A stretch of 60,337 bases of DNA from a virus (taxonomy: Duplodnaviria > Caudoviricetes): positions 1-60,337 of IMG/VR virus record IMGVR_UViG_3300011400_000003; one strand, 5' to 3'. Numbering within the stretch: position 1 is the stretch's first letter; each line of letters begins with the position of its first letter. The notes beneath the pieces were generated by a model. That model ran no database searches. It saw only the letters and a list, made by a program, of their open reading frames with translations, and was not told where the DNA came from. Positions 34,481 to 44,946 of this stretch are shown one piece after another. A program made the position numbers and the translations under genes.

Positions 34481-35544
34481 CCGTTTGACCCCCATGGGGT
34501 TGTTACAATTACAGGCACCACCCCTGGTACATGTACATCAGTTACAGCAGTAATCTGACCATCGTTATCCACAACAAACGAAAAAGCTGGATCTGTACCA
34601 AATTCAACATCAGTAGTATCAGTAAAATATGCGCCAGTTATAACTACTGAAGTACCTCCAGCAGGAGGGCCATTGGTCGGAATTACCGAAGAAACAATTG
34701 GAGGAGGATTAATAAATTCAAATTCATCAGCTGCTACTAATGCGTTATCTCCATCTGCATTTGTAACAATAATATCAGTTACTCCAACAGCATGCGCAGG
34801 AGACGTTGCCTCTATGTATCCGTCACTAACGACCGTAAAAGAAGTAGCTGCAGTAGCACCAAATTTAACAGCAGTTACACCAGTAAAATTATGACCAGCA
34901 ATTGTAACCACTGTTCCACCACTAGCTGGACCTTCGGTAGGCCCAATTTGTAAGATTTCTGGAAGCCCTAAACCACCCTCCCAAATCTCAATATCCCTTA
35001 GAGATCCAGCACCTATTAAAAACCCATGTTTGGTAGCGCTAATGTGAGCCGTGTCATAAACAGTAAATACAGATATTCCATTAACTGTACATTCGATTTT
35101 TGAACCTGAGGTTTTTATTTTGTAAATAATACCTGTCGCAACACCACCAAGATTAAGAGCACCAGATACGGTGGTCCATGTGCCAGCAACTTTTTTATAT
35201 AATTTTGTTGTCGATCCGTCTAAAGCAAGAAAAGCCCAATAATTATTTATATCATCATAACGAAATATAATTCCATGTCTAACACCACTACCGCCGAAGT
35301 TGTTTTTCAATAGTATTTCTATATTTGAAATTCCTGTATCAATATAATTTATAACAACGGCAGTATAACCTGTAATACCTATGTTTAATGTGGCCGAACC
35401 ACCCAATTGAGCAGTGTTACTAATAATATCTGCTACTTCTGGATTACCAAGCCAAGGTGTAGGATCTAGAATGCCAACCCCATCTGTGTTACCAAGAGAA
35501 GTACTATCTAATCGATCAAATGTATCTGATGTAAGTAAAGCCAT
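34477..35544 (-). CDS. Tail-associated protein: lectin-like beta-sandwich plus two IPT/TIG domains
   Basis: P.GP..GGT.V.I.G..F...T.V.FG repeated twice. Confidence 0.75.
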   Translation of the reverse strand: MALLTSDTFDRLDSTSLGNTDGVGILDPTPWLGNPEVADIISNTAQLGGSATLNIGITGYTAVVINYIDTGISNIEILLKNNFGGSGVRHGIIFRYDDINNYWAFLALDGSTTKLYKKVAGTWTTVSGALNLGGVATGIIYKIKTSGSKIECTVNGISVFTVYDTAHISATKHGFLIGAGSLRDIEIWEGGLGLPEILQIGPTEGPASGGTVVTIAGHNFTGVTAVKFGATAATSFTVVSDGYIEATSPAHAVGVTDIIVTNADGDNALVAADEFEFINPPPIVSSVIPTNGPPAGGTSVVITGAYFTDTTDVEFGTDPAFSFVVDNDGQITAVTDVHVPGVVPVIVTTPWGSNG

Positions 35545-35561
35545 TTAAATCTCCTCTTGGT

Positions 35562-36317
35562 TCAGGAACTACTATTTAAATGATAATATGCAACGGGACT
35601 CATTGCTAATTGGGCCACAATATAATCATCAGGATCTATACGAGCATCATAGAGCGCCTCTACTGTTGCGTCATCAACAATACCTGTACCTAATGCTATT
35701 TCGTCATATACGTTTATTCCAGATCCAACTGGGCTTCCACCAACAAGAAAGGTGTCAACATCAACAGGACCGGAATATCCAGCAGCACCTTGCGTCAATT
35801 TAAGAACCCCATCTTCATATAGTTTTACCACATTTGCCGTAGCATTATAGCTTCCAAATATAAAGTGTGGGCCTGGTGTGTCAGGAACACTAACCGATAT
35901 AGTATCCAGTTCTGTAAAAATAATAAGAAAATGACTAACTCCTGGAATATCAGGTACACTTCCAACGTTAGCTACTGAACTACCATTTATTTGCATAAGA
36001 GTTCTATAATCTTCAATACTATCAACCCAACCGCACATCCACCAAGAATCATCTAAAATATCTAATGGTGTTGGTGATATGTATTGTCCTATATAACCCG
36101 GAACCTCTGACACACCTATAGCACCAGCATCTCCAGCAATAAGACTACTCTCTACAATGATAGTATCAGGAACATACTCTGTTAAATGATACTCATTACC
36201 AGAATAGTCATTTAAATCGAAACTTGGACCTGGATCAACGGGTGGTTCCGGTTCAGGAACAGGATCAAATATCCCTGAAAAACCAGAAGGTCCAATTACA
36301 ATTTTTGTCACCTTCAT
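35562..36317 (-). CDS. LamG/concanavalin-like minor tail protein
   Basis: HFIFGSY...KLYEDGV...DEIA; PVAYYHLN. Confidence 0.65.
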   Translation of the reverse strand: MKVTKIVIGPSGFSGIFDPVPEPEPPVDPGPSFDLNDYSGNEYHLTEYVPDTIIVESSLIAGDAGAIGVSEVPGYIGQYISPTPLDILDDSWWMCGWVDSIEDYRTLMQINGSSVANVGSVPDIPGVSHFLIIFTELDTISVSVPDTPGPHFIFGSYNATANVVKLYEDGVLKLTQGAAGYSGPVDVDTFLVGGSPVGSGINVYDEIALGTGIVDDATVEALYDARIDPDDYIVAQLAMSPVAYYHLNSSS

Positions 36318-39300
36318 GATATGCTCAACTTTTCCTTCGCCAATGCAAATTGACTCTTAGTATTACGATAAATATCATTAGTAGACAAAGGTTCTGGAGA
36401 GTTAATCGTTTGCTCAAAGGTATTATTGATTACTGTAGATTCACCAGTACCCGTTTCTTCTCCTACTTCTGGGTTAGTACTTGAAATAGCACGAGCTTGA
36501 TCGAACGATACTTCTGGGGTTAATATCGGAATGCTCATAAGAGTGGCAATATCTCCAGAAGCAGTTTCAATGTTTGTTAGATCTAATACTGGAGTAATCG
36601 TAGGATTGAACTCATCCATACCTTCTAATATGGCTGGAACTTGTGCTAAAGCCGTAACAAATTTATCTATTGCAGGAGTTTCATCAGTAAAACTAGCTGT
36701 TGTAAATATTGCATCTATATTTCCAGGAGGCGCAGGTTCTGGTCTAGGTCCTGGTAATACTTCTCTTTCCGGTCCTAATAAATCTGGAACAGGAACGGCG
36801 TCTTTTGCTGCTTGTTTTGCAGCTTCCACAAATATAGTTCGAAATGCCTTTGCCAAAGATCCAGCAAATCGTCCTATTGCTCTACCAAGTTCTTCATCTC
36901 TAGAATCAATAGCATTAGCCATACCATTAAATAATGCAATAAGCATATCAAATCCAGCAGCTACAATAATTGGGACTTGTTTTCCAATTTCACTAGCAAC
37001 TGAAGTTAATACTGCTGTAATTGCCGCAGCAAGAGCCCCAATAACTTTTGGAGCTTTACTTGCCAGACCATTAAAGAATTTGATAATGGAATCAGCACCT
37101 GAAGTTACAATCTTATGCGCTTGATTTCCTATTTCAGTAATAAATCTAGTAATAACCTCACCAACCGTAGCAACAATTTTAACTAAATTATCACCAATAC
37201 CTTTAAGGAAATCGGTCAGTACCTTAACGCCAGCACCTATAACTTTTACGGCATGTGTGCCCATAGCTGTAATAAATTCAGTAATAATTTCACTTACTGC
37301 ACCAACAACCCTACTAACATTATCGCTAATTCCTTTTAGTACATTAACAAGTAGTCCTAATCCTGCAGCAACTACGTCTTCTGCGTGATTTCCAAGTTCG
37401 TTCAAGAATGCTACAATTAACGAAGCTGCACTAGTAGCTATTTCTGGAAGCTTTAGTCTAATAGCATCCATGAAATTAATCATAATGTCTGATGCAGCAG
37501 TAGCAATTTCACCAATATTATCTCGAACTCCTTGGAGGAAAACGAGTAACATTTCAATACCGGTTTGAACAACATCTGGAAATATCTCTCTAACACCCAA
37601 CAAGAAGCTTTGAATCACTACGATCGCTGCTTCAGCCATCTTAGGTGCCAAATCAATAACGGTTTCAAGCAATTGCATTACAAAAGCTTGGAACAAACGC
37701 AATAACAATGGAGCTGCTTTTAAAATATCTTTTGCGAAGCCAATAGCAAAATCAAACAGCGCTTTCTGAATGTTGGGCATTGCTGTAATGATAATCTTTA
37801 AAGCTTCGACAATGCCCTTTGCTCCTGCAGCTCCAGAGTTTGCCATAATCTCGAAAGCTTTGGCGATTAACGCTGCTCCGACTCCGAATAGAGCAAAAGC
37901 AACCCCAAGAAGGCTTAAAGCGGCACCTAGAGCAAGAATGTTAGGTATAACTGGACTAAGTAATGCTGCTGCAATACCAAGAACGGCAAGTACCCCTGCA
38001 ATTGCTCCTAGTCCCATAGCAAGTTGAGCTATACTAAGTTCACCCAAACTCTTCAGTACTTTAGCAAGAATTCTCAGTGCTACAGCAACGATAAGTATTG
38101 AAAACGCTCCTCCTGCTGCTCCTTGCATAAGATTTGTTGCTACAACAAGAACCAATAATATTGCAGCAAGAGCACCAATACCCTTTGCCAAAGTTCCAAT
38201 AGCAAGACCGCCCATCTTTTCTATAGCGCTGGCCATAATGTTCATAGCAATACCAATGGCAATCATTGCAATACCAGCAGCAATTAAGCCAGCGGAGTTT
38301 GTTAAAATAAAGTTCATAGCAACAATAAGTGTTGTTAATGCTGCTGCCACGCCTAAGAAGCCCTTAGCCATCTCACCAAGCGACATCGAAGCAAACAATC
38401 TTATTGCCCTATTAAGAATAATAAGAGAAGTAGAAATTAAAGCGATCGCGATTGCTGCAGAAACTAGTCCTGTGGTGTTTGCGGAAATCTTATTAAGAGA
38501 AGTAACTAGAAGTGCAAGAGCAAACGCTATAGCACCCATACCTTTAGCCAATTCGCCCATAGACATTTGAGCGAACTGTTTTACAGCCTGACTAAGAATT
38601 ATAAGTGATGTAGATATAATTATTAAAGCTATACCAGCAGAAATCATCCCTGCAGTATTTGCAGAAATAGAATTAACTGCAACAACTAACAAACCAAGGC
38701 CAACTGCTACTCCGCCTAGACCCTTTGCTAAATCACCCAACTTCATAGTAGACAAAATCTTAATAGCCACGGCTAATACAACAGCAGCACTAGCAATTAA
38801 AATCATGGCTGTGGCAACTAATTGTAATCGAAGAGCATGCGCACCCAAATCAAACTTACCAATCAAAGCTAGTGCTCCAAGTAACTGTCCAAAACTAACA
38901 CTAAGAGCAACAAGAGCCTTAGTTAATGCTTTTGAGTCGATCAAAGATAGAACAAGTAATGCTCCGGCAATAATTGCAATAGCAGCAGCAATTTTCATTA
39001 ATGCTTCAGCCTTAAGCTTTATTTGCATAGCTTGAAATTTTTCATTAACGGTATCAAGAAGACCGTTAAGTCTATTTATAAAACCGCCACTTAAAATATT
39101 AAGTCCACCAAATCCACCATCGACGAACTTTTTAATTAAAACAGCAATACCAGCAAGAAGACCAACATTAATTACATCTAATGCCGCGTTGAAATCACCA
39201 GGTTGAAACGCTTCTGCAATCTTATCGCCAAGACTCTTAAACCAATCAGTCATGTAATCTAAAACTGGTTGCAAGAAGTCGTTGACCTTGGCGAATGCTG

Positions 39301-40954
39301 ATTGTACTCTATCCCAAATACTATGAACCTGTTCCATTCTTTGGCCTACACGACCAAGCCCAACTTCTACTTTATTGCCAATATTAATGTTGAAGAAATT
39401 AAATATCTTGTCACGAAGATCCTGCAAAGCTTTAATAGGACCATCAGATGAGAAATTAACTCCCTCAAAGAAGTCAACTATAGCGTTCTTTAACTTCTTG
39501 AAAGCTTCAACGGGGTTAATAAGAATGGCACTAAGATCTTCGAAGAACCTCTTTATTCCTCCACCTTCAACAAGAGCCTTGTTAAGGTTTGTAATAAAGT
39601 CTCCGGTGTTTTCTCCGAAACCAAGTAACCCTTTCCCAGCAGGAAGCAGAGCTTGTAGAACATCCCCAATGGTACGAACAACACCCTTTACAATTTCAAA
39701 ACCAATCTCTACTGCTGCAAAGAAACCACGGAAAATGCTCTTAAGACTATTGAGCGTATCTGCTCCTATTTTGATTCTTTCTGTGAACTCTTTAAATGAC
39801 TCAGCCAATTCAACGAAGTTCTTACCAGCAGACCCAGAAAAGATGTCTTTGAATGCCCCTTTAAACACTTTAGCAATAGGCTTAAGTGCATGATACAAAT
39901 TTACTAAACCATCAACAAATAGTTGAATGCCGAATTGAAAGAACGTAACGTTTATACCTTTGATAAACTCAATAAGATTGTCAACGTTAATTCTCTTTAA
40001 TAAAACAAACGCATCAATAAGAGGTTTAAGTCCTTCTGCAACATTATCAATAACTGGAGTTAACGCATTAAATAGATCTCTTTGTTGCTGCAAGTGAGGG
40101 GTGGCGAACTGTGCGCCAAGTCTTGAGAAGGCAGCACGCATGTTAGCTAACGAACCAGAATAGGTCTTGTTAGCCGATGTGGCGTGCTCACCGAATGCGT
40201 CATCCATGGCCTTTGCGAAGGTCTTAAAGTCAATCTCGCCGTTGCTTGCCATTTCGTTAACTTTTTCTTCGGTAACACCAAGCTGTTTTGCTAAAGCGGA
40301 AGCGGCATTAAGTCCTCTGGTAGCAAATTGCATAAGATCTTGTCGGTTTACTTCATTCATACCAGCGGAACTAACGAAAATGTCTCCAATTTCGCCAAAT
40401 GACGAACCTGTAAGCGCCGCAACACCAGCTACACCACGAAGAGCGGTTGACATTTCTTCGCCAGCTTTAAGTCCTGAAGCACCAAACTGTGCTGCGATTT
40501 TTGCAGCTTCGTCAAGCCCAAACGCCGTGCCCTTTACAGCCTTTAAAGCCGCATCCATACCCTCTTTTACATTAATCCCGATGCCTTCGAACAAGAATGC
40601 TGCTTGCTCGAGATTCTTTGCTCTTGATGTACCGCCACCAATAATTGGCGCTAGAATATCGCCACCAATTCTTCTAGTAAACCTTAAAACTCCTGTGGTT
40701 AAATTGTTAATAACACTAAAAGCAACCGCGCCCATTGATGTAAATCTAGATGCAATGTGATCAATAGCTTGACCCATGTGATCAGTATTAAAACTATTTA
40801 ATGCAGTAGAAGCTCTTTCAATACCTTTACCAGCATTTGAAAATTGAAGGCTTTCAGACAGCTTGTCTAAACTACGTAATGTCTGTTCAATACGTCGTTC
40901 GAACGATCTGTTGTCAAATTGAATTGATACAATCCTGTCATCAACTTCGCTCAT
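36314..40954 (-). CDS. Tape measure protein
   Basis: ~1546 aa; DDRIVSIQFDN start; Ala/Gly/Leu-rich amphipathic repeats; ITPVLDL. Confidence 0.92.
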   Translation of the reverse strand: MSEVDDRIVSIQFDNRSFERRIEQTLRSLDKLSESLQFSNAGKGIERASTALNSFNTDHMGQAIDHIASRFTSMGAVAFSVINNLTTGVLRFTRRIGGDILAPIIGGGTSRAKNLEQAAFLFEGIGINVKEGMDAALKAVKGTAFGLDEAAKIAAQFGASGLKAGEEMSTALRGVAGVAALTGSSFGEIGDIFVSSAGMNEVNRQDLMQFATRGLNAASALAKQLGVTEEKVNEMASNGEIDFKTFAKAMDDAFGEHATSANKTYSGSLANMRAAFSRLGAQFATPHLQQQRDLFNALTPVIDNVAEGLKPLIDAFVLLKRINVDNLIEFIKGINVTFFQFGIQLFVDGLVNLYHALKPIAKVFKGAFKDIFSGSAGKNFVELAESFKEFTERIKIGADTLNSLKSIFRGFFAAVEIGFEIVKGVVRTIGDVLQALLPAGKGLLGFGENTGDFITNLNKALVEGGGIKRFFEDLSAILINPVEAFKKLKNAIVDFFEGVNFSSDGPIKALQDLRDKIFNFFNINIGNKVEVGLGRVGQRMEQVHSIWDRVQSAFAKVNDFLQPVLDYMTDWFKSLGDKIAEAFQPGDFNAALDVINVGLLAGIAVLIKKFVDGGFGGLNILSGGFINRLNGLLDTVNEKFQAMQIKLKAEALMKIAAAIAIIAGALLVLSLIDSKALTKALVALSVSFGQLLGALALIGKFDLGAHALRLQLVATAMILIASAAVVLAVAIKILSTMKLGDLAKGLGGVAVGLGLLVVAVNSISANTAGMISAGIALIIISTSLIILSQAVKQFAQMSMGELAKGMGAIAFALALLVTSLNKISANTTGLVSAAIAIALISTSLIILNRAIRLFASMSLGEMAKGFLGVAAALTTLIVAMNFILTNSAGLIAAGIAMIAIGIAMNIMASAIEKMGGLAIGTLAKGIGALAAILLVLVVATNLMQGAAGGAFSILIVAVALRILAKVLKSLGELSIAQLAMGLGAIAGVLAVLGIAAALLSPVIPNILALGAALSLLGVAFALFGVGAALIAKAFEIMANSGAAGAKGIVEALKIIITAMPNIQKALFDFAIGFAKDILKAAPLLLRLFQAFVMQLLETVIDLAPKMAEAAIVVIQSFLLGVREIFPDVVQTGIEMLLVFLQGVRDNIGEIATAASDIMINFMDAIRLKLPEIATSAASLIVAFLNELGNHAEDVVAAGLGLLVNVLKGISDNVSRVVGAVSEIITEFITAMGTHAVKVIGAGVKVLTDFLKGIGDNLVKIVATVGEVITRFITEIGNQAHKIVTSGADSIIKFFNGLASKAPKVIGALAAAITAVLTSVASEIGKQVPIIVAAGFDMLIALFNGMANAIDSRDEELGRAIGRFAGSLAKAFRTIFVEAAKQAAKDAVPVPDLLGPEREVLPGPRPEPAPPGNIDAIFTTASFTDETPAIDKFVTALAQVPAILEGMDEFNPTITPVLDLTNIETASGDIATLMSIPILTPEVSFDQARAISSTNPEVGEETGTGESTVINNTFEQTINSPEPLSTNDIYRNTKSQFALAKEKLSIS

Positions 40955-41331
40955 GCTGTCACCTTCTTCCATACATCATTAACAATATCGTCAAATACCA
41001 CTCTCATTGCTGGATTAATGTAATCTATACCTGAAATATAAGTTCCGCCTCTTGTTCCATGTCCGTATTGAATAAGAATTGCTACTGAAGGCCAACCTGG
41101 TCCCGCTTCATTAGTATTGAACCATTCAATACCAGTCCAAGTTCCATCATGTGTAATTCTATAATCCCAAGAATCAGCAGTAAGGCCAGTATCAACAGGA
41201 GTTGCACTACTAAGAGCCTCCACACCCATTAATCCATATCGATCAAGATCTGATAAGTTTTTACCACTCTGAAGCCGATTAAGATCTTCTCTAGTTTTAC
41301 TATAATTTCCTTTGCTAAAGACCTTGAACAT
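40951..41331 (-). CDS. Tail-completion / HK97 gp10-like protein
   Basis: TPVDTG.TA.SW, QYGHGT, YINPA. Confidence 0.75.
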   Translation of the reverse strand: MFKVFSKGNYSKTREDLNRLQSGKNLSDLDRYGLMGVEALSSATPVDTGLTADSWDYRITHDGTWTGIEWFNTNEAGPGWPSVAILIQYGHGTRGGTYISGIDYINPAMRVVFDDIVNDVWKKVTA

Positions 41332-41339
41332 GGTGTTCC

Positions 41340-42041
41340 TTAGGCGTCTGTAAATCTACCTGAAATATAACAAACCGATTCATTATCCAGTCTGAGGGCT
41401 CCAGTGCCACTAAGTCGTTCTGCCTTAACTCTAAACAACTGCGTTGAAGAAGTCATATCAGACACATCTGCAGTACCCATAAGCATAATGTCTCGTTCGT
41501 TGCTAGAAGCAAGAGTTGCCCAACGAATTCGTTTATGTGCAATTACTCTTGACCCAATAAGCAATTCTAATTCTGTATTACTGGTATCTGTTACCTGATG
41601 AGCCTGGCCAAGTAAAGCAAAAGCTTCAAAATCTTTAGCCCACGGTGGAATATCTACTGAAATTTCAAGAGCAGTAGGCCAAGTGGCTGGACCCGTGGCA
41701 TCTTCATCAGTAGCAACTTCGACCTCGTGTCTTACTTTATCTTCACCATTCTGAGACCACATCCATCGCCAAGATCCTCCAGGCCAAATATAAACTCTAT
41801 TAGTATCGGTTTCCCAAATCATATCTCCTTCAGCAGGAGATCCAGGACGAGTACCACTCGTACAAATAATAAGACCACTTCCGGCAGGTCCGGTTGGGCC
41901 AATTACGGGACCGGCATTAACTGTTCCACCATTATTTCTTTCAAGAATTAAATCTCCGGCTATAACTTCTCCACCAATAATCGCTTGATCTTCAATGTCT
42001 TGGGCCCGTGCTGCTGTAAATCCAGTTACACTAACAACCAT
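41340..42041 (-). CDS. Minor tail / fibre-like protein
   Basis: GPTGPAG; TSGTRP.SP.EG..IWETDT motif. Confidence 0.6.
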   Translation of the reverse strand: MVVSVTGFTAARAQDIEDQAIIGGEVIAGDLILERNNGGTVNAGPVIGPTGPAGSGLIICTSGTRPGSPAEGDMIWETDTNRVYIWPGGSWRWMWSQNGEDKVRHEVEVATDEDATGPATWPTALEISVDIPPWAKDFEAFALLGQAHQVTDTSNTELELLIGSRVIAHKRIRWATLASSNERDIMLMGTADVSDMTSSTQLFRVKAERLSGTGALRLDNESVCYISGRFTDA

Positions 42042-42056
42042 AGGAATCTCCTTAAA

Positions 42057-42857
42057 CTAAGGCGTACTAGAAATTTCATAGGTTTGAGCATCCAAAAATT
42101 CTCCAAACACCTCACTAATAGCAAATTCTCCAGCAGCAGGAAAAGTAATAGGGTTCTCACCTTCTGGTAATGATGAATATGCGGTCCAAGTACCATCACC
42201 ATTGTCCACAACTACGACACTGAACCAACTAAGAAGATAAATAAGCAACTCAGACATTGGAATAAGTTCTGCTTCTGTATCTTCGGTTCCATAAAGCAAA
42301 TTTTCTAGTAATGTCAATAACTCTGGATCAATGTCTGTTGAATCAATAATAATGTGGGCCGTTGGACGAAAACCAATTACTTCTTCTGGTACAGAAAAAA
42401 TATCCCATTCAAATTCAGTAATAGAAGGAGAACCAGTATTAGTTTCAAAAGCTTTATCTCTAGGAATAGCTGTAACATTATACAAAATATGAATTTTATA
42501 GCCTAGATCCTCGTCAAGAGAGTTTCCTATTTTAGTTCTATATGAGAGTCCAAAGCTCTTAGGTTTTTGATTTGTAATATACATACCAGGATTAACTTGA
42601 ACTACGCCTTCTAAATCTGAAAATTCATCTGGATATGTTATAGCCTTCATAGACGCTTCGAAATCCCCAAGAATCACTAAATCATTAATTTTCATCCCAT
42701 CCCAATGAATGGGTTTTAACTGTTGATCTGATTTTTCTACAATTGAAGTAAGACCATTCCAAGGAACTGCCGGAGCGGATGGCGGATACAAAACGCCTCT
42801 ATCTACACCAGATTCATACTCTCTATCTTCAGCACTATCCCAAACTAAAACCGACAT
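42057..42857 (-). CDS. Second major-tail-tube-like protein
   Basis: WD..R.YE.GVDRGVLY, WNGL, FGLSYRT, GYKIH match 43425..44300. Confidence 0.8.
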   Translation of the reverse strand: MSVLVWDSAEDREYESGVDRGVLYPPSAPAVPWNGLTSIVEKSDQQLKPIHWDGMKINDLVILGDFEASMKAITYPDEFSDLEGVVQVNPGMYITNQKPKSFGLSYRTKIGNSLDEDLGYKIHILYNVTAIPRDKAFETNTGSPSITEFEWDIFSVPEEVIGFRPTAHIIIDSTDIDPELLTLLENLLYGTEDTEAELIPMSELLIYLLSWFSVVVVDNGDGTWTAYSSLPEGENPITFPAAGEFAISEVFGEFLDAQTYEISSTP

Positions 42858-42867
42858 GTTCCTCCTC

Positions 42868-43410
42868 TCAGCCCTTTGTACCTAATTGCGCTCTTCTTCT
42901 AGCATTCTCTTCCGCATAATGTCTAGAAAGTTCACCTTTCGACATCTTCTTAGGCTTTGAATTTTTAACTCCACAAATTCTGATTAAAGAAAACAATCTG
43001 TTCAAATGCCATTGTTCACATTCAAGTGGAATGTTGAAAGATACCATCCAGTAATAAATTAACTCTGAAGTGATAACCTCTCCTGGACCCCGAGATCCTG
43101 GCATGTTGCCAAAAGTTGTTGCAGATTGAGGAGAATCAATATACGCTTGAATCTCATCAACATTATTCTGCGTCAAGTTTTTAAAGATCTCAGGGTCCAG
43201 ATTTGGTTCAATACTCATGCATCTAATGTAGTCAAGAACTTCCTCCGAATCTTTCTTCACAGAAGATAGAAACGGTTTATTATGAATTGACTCCCATTTT
43301 GACACTGAAAGTAAAGAATGCTCTAACTTAACTAAAACACCACCAACTGTTGAAAATAAATTTTCAACTTCGTCATAAATCTCATCTTCTCCAATGGTGA
43401 TTATTAGCAT
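42868..43410 (-). CDS. Tail assembly chaperone-like protein
   Basis: LEHSL.S.SKWES, TSELIYYWM, WHLNRL; directly after the tail tube gene. Confidence 0.7.
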   Translation of the reverse strand: MLIITIGEDEIYDEVENLFSTVGGVLVKLEHSLLSVSKWESIHNKPFLSSVKKDSEEVLDYIRCMSIEPNLDPEIFKNLTQNNVDEIQAYIDSPQSATTFGNMPGSRGPGEVITSELIYYWMVSFNIPLECEQWHLNRLFSLIRICGVKNSKPKKMSKGELSRHYAEENARRRAQLGTKG

Positions 43411-43424
43411 TCCTTAACTCCTAA

Positions 43425-44300
43425 TTAACTAAAATTAATGAACCATGCGTTAACGGCAGTAGGACCAAAGACATATCCAGCATTTGGCTGAGCAGTAACA
43501 ACGGTGTCTTCAGTGATAACCACATCGCCAGTAACAACTTCACCGTCAATGTAGTATGTAACGCCGGTAACCACCGGAATAGTAATTTCATCGGCTCCAG
43601 AGTCATACGTCGGAGCAGTAAGCATGTCACCAGTGATAACAGTAAACGTGCCATCAAACAATGCAATAACAGCATCCGGCGTGGGAAGTGCAGGATCAAC
43701 TCCAACAGTACCATAAAGAGCCGTCTCAAGAGCGGCTAATGCAGCAGCATCTGCAGTCCTTGAGTCGATAGTAATAATTGAAGTCGGCTTCAAGCCAGTA
43801 ACAAGCGCCGGAGTAGTAGTAACTTCCCAACTAAACGTAATGGGTTCTGGAGAGTCACTAACTGTGGTGTATGCTTTCTCAGACGGACTGGCCTTGCACC
43901 CCCAAATCAGGTGGAGCTTATAACCAAGATCATCACCTTCAATGTCGTTACCAACTTTTGTTCTATACGATAAACCAAACACCTTACGAGCCTGTTGGCC
44001 AACAGTAACACCCGGCTCAGGTACAGAAAGACCATCAAACTCAGCAAATTCATCTGGAAAAGTAAACGCTTCAAGCGTTGCACCAAATTCTTCTGCTGAA
44101 AAAAGATTAAGATACTTGATGTTATCTGCAAATTGTGCGTTAGGTTCTGCGCCGGAAGGCTTTTCGGTAACGGAAACTAAACCGTTCCAAGCAACCCCAT
44201 CGTCGTAAACACCTCCAGCATCGGGAATGTAAAGGACGCCGTGGTCAACGCCGGTTTCGTAAAACCGTTCGCCGGTGCCGTCCCATGTAAGTGCGGTCAT
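43425..44300 (-). CDS. Major tail tube protein with C-terminal Ig-like domain
   Basis: ETGVDHGVLY, AWNGL, ADNIKY, FSWEVTTTP. Confidence 0.88.
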   Translation of the reverse strand: MTALTWDGTGERFYETGVDHGVLYIPDAGGVYDDGVAWNGLVSVTEKPSGAEPNAQFADNIKYLNLFSAEEFGATLEAFTFPDEFAEFDGLSVPEPGVTVGQQARKVFGLSYRTKVGNDIEGDDLGYKLHLIWGCKASPSEKAYTTVSDSPEPITFSWEVTTTPALVTGLKPTSIITIDSRTADAAALAALETALYGTVGVDPALPTPDAVIALFDGTFTVITGDMLTAPTYDSGADEITIPVVTGVTYYIDGEVVTGDVVITEDTVVTAQPNAGYVFGPTAVNAWFINFS

Positions 44301-44312
44301 TCGGGTTTCTCC

Positions 44313-44615
44313 TTAAAAGTAAAGACTAAAAACGTCGTGATTCAACTGATCTGAAGTGAAAAAACGATCAAAAGCACAAAGCGATAAAGCTCCAACTTCA
44401 TCAGGAATATCACTATCAGGATTAGGATCAATAACTGTGACCTGATATCGCTTCATTGTATTATATGGCAAATCATCTGCAAATTCTGTTATTACGGCTG
44501 ACCGTTGATAAACAATACAAGGATACTCCATCCGTACTGTTTCAGGCGGTTGAAAATATACATTACCTGTAATTGCTTTCAACATAATGTGTAATTCAGT
44601 CCGGGGTCGGGCCAT
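44313..44615 (-). CDS. Tail terminator
   Basis: NVYFQPP, YPCIVY, LNHDVF. Confidence 0.75.
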   Translation of the reverse strand: MARPRTELHIMLKAITGNVYFQPPETVRMEYPCIVYQRSAVITEFADDLPYNTMKRYQVTVIDPNPDSDIPDEVGALSLCAFDRFFTSDQLNHDVFSLYF

Positions 44616-44931
44616 TATACACACCCCCAAAATTTAAGATGAGTCTGGGACGCTTGACGTCTACAGAATTTACTCGCCAGCGAATCCCCGACCACATCAC
44701 ATACTTAATATAGATGAAATTGTCGATGGCGTATTGGTCGGCCACAACACTGATACTATTAGAAACTGTAATATCATCCTTAAGTTTCTCCGGGGATTCT
44801 TGTAGATTTCTATTATCACGAACTACATCACCTTGGTAGTCGTATTCCGTAATTGTATCTACAAATATCCCAGAATCATCAGGAGTCTCTACAGATATGC
44901 CATAACCAACTTTTCCGTAGAATCTTGCCAT
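44596..44931 (-). CDS. Head-to-tail stopper/closure protein
   Basis: YQGDV, ISVVAD.YA, RPRLIL..GGVYNG; position after capsid. Confidence 0.7.
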   Translation of the reverse strand: MARFYGKVGYGISVETPDDSGIFVDTITEYDYQGDVVRDNRNLQESPEKLKDDITVSNSISVVADQYAIDNFIYIKYVMWSGIRWRVNSVDVKRPRLILNFGGVYNGPTPD

Positions 44932-44946
44932 CTAAACTCCTTGAGA

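Noticed and set aside
42868-43425. Programmed frameshift in the tail assembly chaperone
   Set aside because: No overlapping second frame or convincing slippery site seen; the next gene has its own RBS
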